A stretch of 64,000 nt of DNA from Mariniblastus sp. (GTDB lineage Bacteria; Planctomycetota; Planctomycetia; Pirellulales; Pirellulaceae), in assembly GCA_022447605.1 (NCBI GenBank), contig JAKVBG010000016.1:28376-92375 (forward strand), written 5' to 3'. Below the pieces are notes generated by a model, which was not told the DNA's origin, searched no databases, and saw only the letters and a list, made by a program, of their open reading frames with translations. Numbering within the stretch: the first letter of the stretch is position 1; every line of letters starts with the position of its first letter. Shown here piece by piece: positions 47,472 to 55,324 of the stretch. A program made the translations under genes and the position numbers.

Positions 47472-48098
47472 ATGACTGACGAATTTCCGTCAAAACCGCA
47501 GGATCTGCCGCAACCTGCTGCCCCCCAGTCGGTTCCTCACCCAATTCTCCGTGCGGGACGCTTGGTTTTAAGGCCGCTTGAATCGGCTGACGCCCCGCGA
47601 GTGCAGGAGATCTGTCGGGATCGAGGGATTGCGGCCACGACCCGCAATGTTCCTCATCCGTATCCCGAGGGTGCCGCTCTGCTGTGGATTGAATCCCATC
47701 CGGAGCTTTGGTCCAGTGGAAAAGCGGCCGTTTTTGGCATCTGCCTGGACGAGGACCAGGGAGCGAGTCTGGTCGGTGCGATCGGTTTGGAGATCAATCC
47801 ATTGGATCACCACGCAGAAATCGGATATTGGTTGTCCAGGGAATGCTGGGGGCAGGGGATCTGTACAGAGGCCGTCGAAGTGATTGTCCGTTTCGGCTTT
47901 GAACAACTCGGCTTGCAACGAATTCATGCCATTTGCATGGCCAGCAACCCGGCCTCGGGGCGGGTGTTGGAAAAAAACGGCCTGATCAAGGAGGGGCGGC
48001 TGCGAAATCACATTCGAAAATGGGGCGTTTTTCACGACGTTGACGTGTACGGCATCCTCCGCCGTGATTCTGACTTGGTAGCTCACCGCGACGGCTGA
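47472..48098 (+). CDS. GNAT acetyltransferase, RimJ/RimL family
   Basis: RLVLRPL, AEIGYWL, WGQGICTEA, NPASGRVLEKNG; ORF opens at TTG 47451. Confidence 0.92.
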   Translation: MTDEFPSKPQDLPQPAAPQSVPHPILRAGRLVLRPLESADAPRVQEICRDRGIAATTRNVPHPYPEGAALLWIESHPELWSSGKAAVFGICLDEDQGASLVGAIGLEINPLDHHAEIGYWLSRECWGQGICTEAVEVIVRFGFEQLGLQRIHAICMASNPASGRVLEKNGLIKEGRLRNHIRKWGVFHDVDVYGILRRDSDLVAHRDG

Positions 48099-48352
48099 CG
48101 CTGGGGATTCGGCGCCCGGCGCCATCGTTTCCCGATATTTTGGCAGGGCCTGTTTTTTTGTTTCTTTTCTGAAATCTGCAAAAGATCGAGAGAACGGGCG
48201 CGAATAACGTTTAAAGACTGCCTGACAAAGCTGACTTCGGTGGGCCCGAGCAAGGTGATCCGCCGCGCTTGTTCGCCGTGTTCGGTGGCTGGCTGGAGGG
48301 CCGATCTGATCGACGTTCGCTTACTTTTTTGCCGAAATTACCGGACGAGGGG

Positions 48353-48655
48353 ATGACTGAGATGGCCGAGACAAAGACCCCTGAACAGCAAGGGACACGA
48401 GTTACGTTCCTGGACCAAACCGGAGCCAAGAGTGTGGATGCGGTGGTTTCTGACGCCATTACCGTGCGACGGATTCTGCCGAGCATCATCACCAAGATGA
48501 ACCTGCCTGTGGTCGGACCGGATGGTCAGCCGCTGAGCTACAGTCTGGACCACAAAGAGGGGGGCCGACGTTTGGATGAAAATCAGACACTCGTCGAGGC
48601 AAACGTTTCCACGGGCGACCACTTGATTATCTATCCTGAAATCGTAGCCGGGTAA
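48353..48655 (+). CDS. Ubiquitin-like beta-grasp protein (EsaB/YukD-like) ending in -VAG
   Basis: VTFLDQTG...LxENQTLxEAxVxxGDxLxI pattern typical of Ub-fold proteins; stop directly after Ala-Gly; starts at ATG 48353 (GAGGGG upstream) or 48362. Confidence 0.85.
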   Translation: MTEMAETKTPEQQGTRVTFLDQTGAKSVDAVVSDAITVRRILPSIITKMNLPVVGPDGQPLSYSLDHKEGGRRLDENQTLVEANVSTGDHLIIYPEIVAG

Positions 48656-48769
48656 GCCACTTTTTGGCATGGGGATGATGTTGTTAAAGCCCGGTCATTA
48701 ACCGAACCTTTCTGGCTTCCCCAGGGGACTGCCAAAACGAATGGAAAATTTCAAGTTGTTAAAGGAACG

Positions 48770-49348
48770 ATGCGTAAATCACCCAGGGAACGCCGATTGC
48801 AGGCCGATTTCGAGTCGGTTCAAAAACTAAGCCGAGAGAGTTCCATCTTTGGTTTCGTGGCTTCAGGAACCCCGCATCAACAGTACCGGCTGCTTTTCAA
48901 CGGGAAGGGACTGGCGCGGGATCCGGCTGGCCGGATTGCCTTGGCCCAGCATCACGAAGTGATCGTTGAGTTGGGTGCTGCCTATCCCCGGATGATGCCC
49001 CAATTGGCATGGCAAACCCCGATCTTTCATCCCAACATCTCCAACAATGGCGTGGTCTGCCTGGGGGGGTATGGAGCCCACTGGGTGCCGAGCCTGACGC
49101 TTGACCAATTGTGCGGCATGCTGTGGGACATGATCCGTTACAGGAACTTTGATACCGATAGTCCCTATAACCGTGATGCGGCCCTTTGGATTCGGGCGCA
49201 GAACCAATTTTCATTGCCGCTCGACCGGCGAAATATCCGTGATCGAGTTGCGGGTGATTCGGCCGGAGCTGCCCCGAAGCGGAGGATAATCGATTCGGGG
49301 ATCGAGATCATTACACCCGGAAGTGACGAAATCACCTTTATCGAGTAA
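48770..49348 (+). CDS. Stand-alone E2 ubiquitin-conjugating (UBC-fold) enzyme
   Basis: RRLQADF helix 1, AYPxxxP, TPIFHPNI (HPN 87-89), catalytic Cys97 in GVVCL, W-x-P, DSPYNRDAA. Confidence 0.92.
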   Translation: MRKSPRERRLQADFESVQKLSRESSIFGFVASGTPHQQYRLLFNGKGLARDPAGRIALAQHHEVIVELGAAYPRMMPQLAWQTPIFHPNISNNGVVCLGGYGAHWVPSLTLDQLCGMLWDMIRYRNFDTDSPYNRDAALWIRAQNQFSLPLDRRNIRDRVAGDSAGAAPKRRIIDSGIEIITPGSDEITFIE

Positions 49349-50615
49349 TTTCCAATCTCATCATGAGGCTTGTGGATTGAATATCGAAAGATGCAATCTC
49401 AGTGACGAGGTGTTTGCCGGTGCGGCCTGTCCAGAGCAAGTGGCCTTGAGCGGCTGTGAAGCGACCGGTTCACCCGACTTGTTGATTAACGATGATGATC
49501 GCTATTCCCGGCTGCGCCTGATTGGCTGGTGGGAGCAGGAAAAAATCGCGGCCGCCAAGGTGTTGGTGGTGGGCGCCGGGGCGCTGGGCAACGAGGTCTT
49601 GAAGAACCTGGTCCTGATGGGGATTGGTGAAATTACACTGGTTGATTTTGATACCGTGCAATGCTCCAACCTTTCGCGGTCAGTCCTGTTTCGATCCGGG
49701 GATGCGGGCCAACCGAAGGCGGTGGTTGCAGCCAGGGTGGCTCAAGAATTGAATCCCGACTGTAAAATCAAAGCCGTGCAGGGAGATGTCCTGACCGAGA
49801 TCGGGTTGGGGTTCGTTCGTGAACAGGACGTGGTGATCAGTTGTGTGGACAACCGGGAGGCCCGTCTCTGGATCAACCGCATGTGTTGGAAGGTGGCGAC
49901 GCCCTGGATCGATGGCGGGATTCAGGAAATCAACGGCGTGGCCAAGGTGTTCCGGCCTGGCGAGGGTCCCTGTTACGAGTGCGGGATGACGGAAAAAGAT
50001 TACCAGCTCATCCAGTTGCGTTACAGTTGCCCTTTGTTAAAGCAGGAAGACGTGCTGCAGGGCAGGGTGCCCACGGCACCGACCATTGCCTCGATGATCG
50101 GAGGACTCCAGGTCCAGGAGGCGCTGAAGCTGATTCACGATATGCCAACCGAGGGAGGTACAGCGCTTGTTTACAACGGCGTCGCCAATCGGTTTTATTC
50201 GACCCGATACCCCTGGCGAGAAGACTGCCTGTCTCACGAATCGTATGAACCGATCATCCGTTCCCCCTTGAGCGCGCAGACTTCCACCTTGTCGGATCTG
50301 TTTGGCTTTGTTGATTTACTTGGGGTGGGCCGAGCCGAGCAGCTTGAACTGGACCGGGACCTGGTCGAACAGCTCGAATGCCGGCTGTGTGGTCACCAAG
50401 TTCCAGTGGGGCAACCCCGCTCCGATGTCCCGATGAAGCGTGCCATCTGTGAGCGGTGTGAACAACCGATGGCCATCACGATGACCCATCAAATTGACCG
50501 CGCTGCAGCGTCCAGCCGTAAGCTCTGTCAGGTCGGGATCCCAGCATACGATATCGTGAAGGTCCGGACCGATTCTGGCATCCAGTTCATTCAATTGTCG
50601 GGAGATGCCCCCTGA
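49323..50615 (+). CDS. E1-like (ThiF/MoeB/UBA) activating enzyme with C-terminal Zn-ribbon extension
   Basis: VVGAGALGNE, VDFDTVQCSNLSR, CVDNREAR, PCYEC, candidate catalytic Cys in YSC, CLSH, then CRLC...CERC; true start uncertain. Confidence 0.93.
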   Translation: MTKSPLSSNFQSHHEACGLNIERCNLSDEVFAGAACPEQVALSGCEATGSPDLLINDDDRYSRLRLIGWWEQEKIAAAKVLVVGAGALGNEVLKNLVLMGIGEITLVDFDTVQCSNLSRSVLFRSGDAGQPKAVVAARVAQELNPDCKIKAVQGDVLTEIGLGFVREQDVVISCVDNREARLWINRMCWKVATPWIDGGIQEINGVAKVFRPGEGPCYECGMTEKDYQLIQLRYSCPLLKQEDVLQGRVPTAPTIASMIGGLQVQEALKLIHDMPTEGGTALVYNGVANRFYSTRYPWREDCLSHESYEPIIRSPLSAQTSTLSDLFGFVDLLGVGRAEQLELDRDLVEQLECRLCGHQVPVGQPRSDVPMKRAICERCEQPMAITMTHQIDRAAASSRKLCQVGIPAYDIVKVRTDSGIQFIQLSGDAP

Positions 50616-50682
50616 CGGGGAGCTCCCGTTTGCCCTGCCAAGGGGCAGAACCCGTTTCCTGACTTCAAGCCACCGTCGAACC

Positions 50683-52131
50683 ATGGATGCTGATATCCAA
50701 CTTGGCCCCCTGCAACAGGCCGCGACCGAGCAGGCGATCCGTCCCGATCGGGATCGGCGTTACCTGACGGCAACGTGTGGGCGATTTGCTCCTGATGATT
50801 TGCCAATTTTTGTCGATCTGGATGTCATGCGAGACATGGAGGCCCACGCCCGGTCCAACACCAATGTTGAGTTGGGGGGTGTGATGCTGGGAGTCCAATG
50901 CATCGACGCCGAGGGGGCTCCGTTCATCATGGTGACCGATGCTCTAAGGGCCCGGCACTACGAGGCGACCCGGGGGAGCTTCAAGTTCACTGCCGATACC
51001 TGGAGCCAAATCACCCGTGACCGTGCCGAGTTACCCGGTCACCTCCAGATGATCGGCTGGTATCACACACATCCTGGATGGGGCGTGTTCCTTTCCGGTC
51101 TGGATCGTTTCATTTGCAACCACTTTTTCGGCCGGCCACTGGATGTGGCCCTGGTGATTGACCCCTGTTCCGGTGAACGGGGTTGGTTTCAGTGGGCCGC
51201 GTCGTCAAGAAAGTTGAAGAAGAAACGCAAGGTCAAGGGATTTTTCCTGATGGCCAACCGTTATCGAAAATCGGAGCTGGAATATTATCAGCGTCTTTAC
51301 TCGGGCCCGGGCTCGACGTCGATGAACTCCCACTCCGATTCGCATGCCGAGCGTGACGGTCTTTTGCCAGATTCGAACAGATTCCCAACCGATGACTCAA
51401 GGGTGAACATGATGGATGCTCGAAGAACTGTTTTTGACCTTGCCGTGGTTTCTGTTTTGCTGCTTCAGCTCGTGATGGCTTCCCTGTTTGGATGGAAGTT
51501 ACTGGAATGGACGCCCAGGCCAGAGTCCGCTGATGTTTCTCGACAGCAGGCATCGGAGGCTGTCGCCACTGCCCGAGAGACAGCTTACGCAGAAATCTTG
51601 GAAAGTGTCGTGGCCGGCCAGACCGGGCAGGAGGGAATGGTTGAAGAGATGATGGAAATGAAGGAGCAGAAGAGGCTCTTGCGGGCCAACCTGCAGGGGC
51701 AACTGGCCCGTGTCGAACAGATTCGCCTGGAGAACCACTCCATACAGGACGAGTTGGATTTGACCCGGAAACGGGCGCATGCACTGGAGCAGCAGGTGGC
51801 CGGCCTGCAGGACAAAAACCTCCGGTCTGACCGTGAACTGAGGGAACTCAGGAATTCTGCCCCAATGGCGGTAGAAAATCGGTCAGATCCGGTGGTCGCC
51901 GACGAATCAGGATGGTGGCAGGCGGTCTGGCCAGTTTACGGATTCTGGGGGAGCGGCCTGATCTTCCTGCTGGGCGGATTCGCCGGTTGCCTGGTCGCCC
52001 GGTGCTTTGTCAGCCGAGTTGATCCCGGCCGGGAGCCGAGCGAGGAGGTAGTCGATCTGGTAGGGGAAGCGGACCGGCTCGAATTTGAACGAGGGGACAA
52101 ACGGCCGCCGCTGAGTCGGCTGGAAGGATAA
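50683..52131 (+). CDS. JAB/MPN+ metallo-isopeptidase fused to TM-coiled coil-TM
   Basis: VELGG Glu and GWYHTHPGWGVFLSGLD JAMM motif (HxH-x7-S-x2-D); two hydrophobic segments around a heptad region; likely ATG at 50683. Confidence 0.9.
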   Translation: MDADIQLGPLQQAATEQAIRPDRDRRYLTATCGRFAPDDLPIFVDLDVMRDMEAHARSNTNVELGGVMLGVQCIDAEGAPFIMVTDALRARHYEATRGSFKFTADTWSQITRDRAELPGHLQMIGWYHTHPGWGVFLSGLDRFICNHFFGRPLDVALVIDPCSGERGWFQWAASSRKLKKKRKVKGFFLMANRYRKSELEYYQRLYSGPGSTSMNSHSDSHAERDGLLPDSNRFPTDDSRVNMMDARRTVFDLAVVSVLLLQLVMASLFGWKLLEWTPRPESADVSRQQASEAVATARETAYAEILESVVAGQTGQEGMVEEMMEMKEQKRLLRANLQGQLARVEQIRLENHSIQDELDLTRKRAHALEQQVAGLQDKNLRSDRELRELRNSAPMAVENRSDPVVADESGWWQAVWPVYGFWGSGLIFLLGGFAGCLVARCFVSRVDPGREPSEEVVDLVGEADRLEFERGDKRPPLSRLEG

Positions 52132-52170
52132 TCCGTGTCGTCTCGTGTTCCGATTTGACGTTGAAAAAAA

Positions 52171-53022
52171 ATGACCGTAATCATTTTCATTTTTGTGTTA
52201 GCCGTGCTGCTGGGAACAGGTGTCCTGGTCTTCATCAGCATTTGCTCCATGTTTGCGAGCTTGGCACCGTCGTACCGTACTTATGAGAAACTTGCCGACC
52301 GTTACCAGGGACATTTCCAGGCAGGTATCCTGTTTCGCGATCCATGGCTTAAGTTTCGACATGGTGACTCGAATTGTGTGTTGAATCATGGGAGCCGGAA
52401 GGTTGGTTATCCGGCAGGCATGACCCGATTGACGATTGACGGGCATGACCCGCACGTTGGGCTGCTGGTGACGACGCCAACGGCAGAGAAGGGGCTGCCG
52501 AGCCGATTTGGCATGCAGTCAGTTCGTTTGCCCGCTGAGTTTTCCGGTCACGATTTCAAGGTGCAAAGCAACCGACCCGACGAGGCTGCTCTCCTGTTTC
52601 AGGGCAGTGCATTGTGGAAGTTGCGCCAATTGGCCTATCATGTCGGGCAGGCCGGGATCGAGATCCGTATGGATCGGGGCAAGCTGATGATCACCCAATG
52701 TGAATCGCTTCACGAGTTTCAGGCATTGGATGACTTTGTGCGGTGCGGGCTGGAACTGCATCATCAATTTTCCCTCAAAGCGGCCCCGGAGATCGAGTTT
52801 GTAAAGGAAGATCTGGTGACGATCGTGGAAGCGGTGCAATGCCCGATTTGCAGCGATTCAATTCACGATTCCATGGTGGTCTGTGTCCGTTGCAAAACAC
52901 CGCATTGCCTGGACTGTTGGCAATACAATGGCCGATGTTCGACATTTGCCTGTGGGGAGACCCGATACCTGGGCGCAGGCATAGCCGGAATTTTGGCAGG
53001 CGATCAGGAGAGTATGAGCTAG
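52171..53022 (+). CDS. Membrane-anchored protein with C-terminal prokaryotic RING-like finger (candidate E3)
   Basis: N-terminal TM helix; CPIC-x10-CVRCKTPHCLDCW-x5-CSTFAC at 52840-52953. Confidence 0.85.
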   Translation: MTVIIFIFVLAVLLGTGVLVFISICSMFASLAPSYRTYEKLADRYQGHFQAGILFRDPWLKFRHGDSNCVLNHGSRKVGYPAGMTRLTIDGHDPHVGLLVTTPTAEKGLPSRFGMQSVRLPAEFSGHDFKVQSNRPDEAALLFQGSALWKLRQLAYHVGQAGIEIRMDRGKLMITQCESLHEFQALDDFVRCGLELHHQFSLKAAPEIEFVKEDLVTIVEAVQCPICSDSIHDSMVVCVRCKTPHCLDCWQYNGRCSTFACGETRYLGAGIAGILAGDQESMS

Positions 53023-53096
53023 GCTGACGCCAGTCGTCCTGGTCCTGTCAGGAGAAGACCGGCCGACCGGCAGACCGGCAGGGTGAGCATGGATTG

Positions 53097-53738
53097 ATGA
53101 GTCAATTTTTCATTCAGACTGAGCGAGTCGGGTTGCGTAAGTTTCAAGCAACCGACCTGGATCCGTTCACCCGGATCAATAACGATCCCCGGGTCATGGA
53201 GTTTTTCCCGCAACGGCTGTCACGCGAGGAATGTCGCGATTACATGCAACGGATCAACACACGAATCGACCTGCAGGGTTTTGGATTTTGGGCCGCCGAA
53301 AACCTGCAGGATCGTCAGCTGATGGGGTTTGTCGGGATCACCGAAGTGACCTACCAGACTGATTTTACGCCGGCTGTAGAGATTGGCTGGCGGTTGGCCG
53401 TTCCCTACTGGGGCCACGGTTTCGCGACCGAAGCGGCCTGGGGCTGTCTGCAGTTTGGTTTCGAACAGGCCAGCCTGGAACGTATCGTCTCCTTTACGAC
53501 CCCACTCAACCAGCGATCCCGGCGCGTTATGGAGAGGCTGGGGATGGTTTGCCGGGGGCAGTTTAATCACCCATTGATCCCGCCAGGCCATCGTTTGCGA
53601 CCCCATGTCTGGTATTCGTGCGAGCGAGACCAGTTCCGGGAGTCAGCCCCGCCTAAGGAGACGCCCAGTGATTGCTCAACTGTTCCAGCAGCGGATCAAT
53701 CGTCTGGCCCTGGATCGAATGGGGAGGCTCCCACTTAA
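53097..53738 (+). CDS. GNAT acetyltransferase, RimJ/RimL family
   Basis: TERVGLR, VEIGWRL, WGHGFATEAA, NQRSRRVMERLGM. Confidence 0.92.
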   Translation: MSQFFIQTERVGLRKFQATDLDPFTRINNDPRVMEFFPQRLSREECRDYMQRINTRIDLQGFGFWAAENLQDRQLMGFVGITEVTYQTDFTPAVEIGWRLAVPYWGHGFATEAAWGCLQFGFEQASLERIVSFTTPLNQRSRRVMERLGMVCRGQFNHPLIPPGHRLRPHVWYSCERDQFRESAPPKETPSDCSTVPAADQSSGPGSNGEAPT

Positions 53739-54072
53739 ACCACTGGTAACCCTCATGTTCTGTGACGACGATGGTGACCGGTTCGATCAGCCGGGCTAAA
53801 AAAATGGTCAGCTGTTTTTCTTTTTTTTTGCCAGATCGTTTTGTCCGTACGACGTATTGGTGAACGAATTTGAAGTCCGGATCGATTACAATCTGATTCG
53901 ATGTAATCCCTGTTTCTTCCCAGAGCTCCCGCAGTGCACACTGGATCTTGGTTTCACCCTTGTCCCTGTGCCCTTTGGGCAAGTCCCAGCGGTCCGCGTG
54001 TTTCATCAACAGAAATGTTGGTTCGGGCTCCTGGCGAATGATCAGAAATCCACAGGATTGCAGCGCTGGCAT
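53653..54072 (-). CDS. NUDIX hydrolase (asymmetric Ap4A hydrolase-like)
   Basis: WDLPKGHRDKGETKIQCALRELWEETG Nudix box; EHEGYQW. Confidence 0.9.
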   Translation of the reverse strand: MPALQSCGFLIIRQEPEPTFLLMKHADRWDLPKGHRDKGETKIQCALRELWEETGITSNQIVIDPDFKFVHQYVVRTKRSGKKKEKQLTIFLARLIEPVTIVVTEHEGYQWFKWEPPHSIQGQTIDPLLEQLSNHWASP

Positions 54073-54106
54073 GGCATCATCTCGACAAGAACTGGATTGA
54101 GGATCG

Positions 54107-54664
54107 ATGAAGATTTATACCAAAACGGGTGATCAGGGCGATACCGGGTTGATTTCGGGCACACGGGTCGCCAAGGACCATGTGGCGATCGAGGTCTGTG
54201 GCAGCTTGGACGAGGCCAATAGCGCCATCGGCGTAGCCTGCAGTCACACCTTGCCCGAGTTGGTCGGTGTGGCACTGAAAGATGTGCAGCAGGATCTGTT
54301 CCTGGTTGGCAGTACCGTTGCCAATTGTGGCAACCAGGGGAAAGATCTTCCCGTCCGCCTCGCTACCGGGAGAACGGGCGAATTGGAATCGATGATTGAC
54401 CGATTGGTCGCCGAGTTACCCCCGCTGGACGCGTTTGTTCTGCCGGGCGGGGACCGGGGGGCGGCGGCCCTGCATTTTGCCCGTACCGTATGTCGACGCG
54501 CCGAACGCAGCCTGGTCGAGTTGATCCACACGGATTTTGTCGTCGCTTCACTGAACAGTGAATTGAAGTACCTGAATCGTCTGAGCGACTACCTGTTTGT
54601 GGCGGCCCGCTACACGAATCAGCAGCATGGCGTGGCGGAAACCAAATGGCTGCCCAAATCGTGA
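54107..54664 (+). CDS. pduO: PduO-type ATP:cob(I)alamin adenosyltransferase
   Basis: MKIYTKTGDQGDTGL, GSLDEANS, FVLPGG, RTVCRRAER, YLNRLSDYLF. Confidence 0.96.
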   Translation: MKIYTKTGDQGDTGLISGTRVAKDHVAIEVCGSLDEANSAIGVACSHTLPELVGVALKDVQQDLFLVGSTVANCGNQGKDLPVRLATGRTGELESMIDRLVAELPPLDAFVLPGGDRGAAALHFARTVCRRAERSLVELIHTDFVVASLNSELKYLNRLSDYLFVAARYTNQQHGVAETKWLPKS

Positions 54665-54781
54665 GCGACACAAAGGATCCTGGCCCCGGCCAGCTTGATT
54701 CAACCCTTAGGCCTTGTTTTGTGGGGTAGGATGCCACCTTGCCCCCAGGAGGTTCGACAGGGCACACGAATTAGCAGATAA

Positions 54782-55219
<438 letters not shown>

Positions 55220-55324
55220 TTGTTGAGTCAGCTGCCGTGTCACAGGGCACCCGGCATCGTTGTGGCCAGTTCCGGTTAGTGAATCCAGCGATGCGGGCCA
55301 TGTCGGACGGTCGATTGAGGTTTT

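Noticed and set aside
48663-48678. TTGGCAT upstream of E2 as a sigma54 -24 box
   Set aside because: No GC at the -12 position.
49323-50615. Reading the E1/Ubl/JAB genes as a thiamine, molybdopterin or cysteine sulfur-transfer cluster
   Set aside because: No thiG, moaE, cysM or rhodanese nearby, whereas an E2 with catalytic Cys and a RING-like protein are present.
53821-53829. T9 homopolymer in the NUDIX gene as a phase-variation tract
   Set aside because: Encodes a Lys run in a loop; the frame is intact and there is no evidence of variation.
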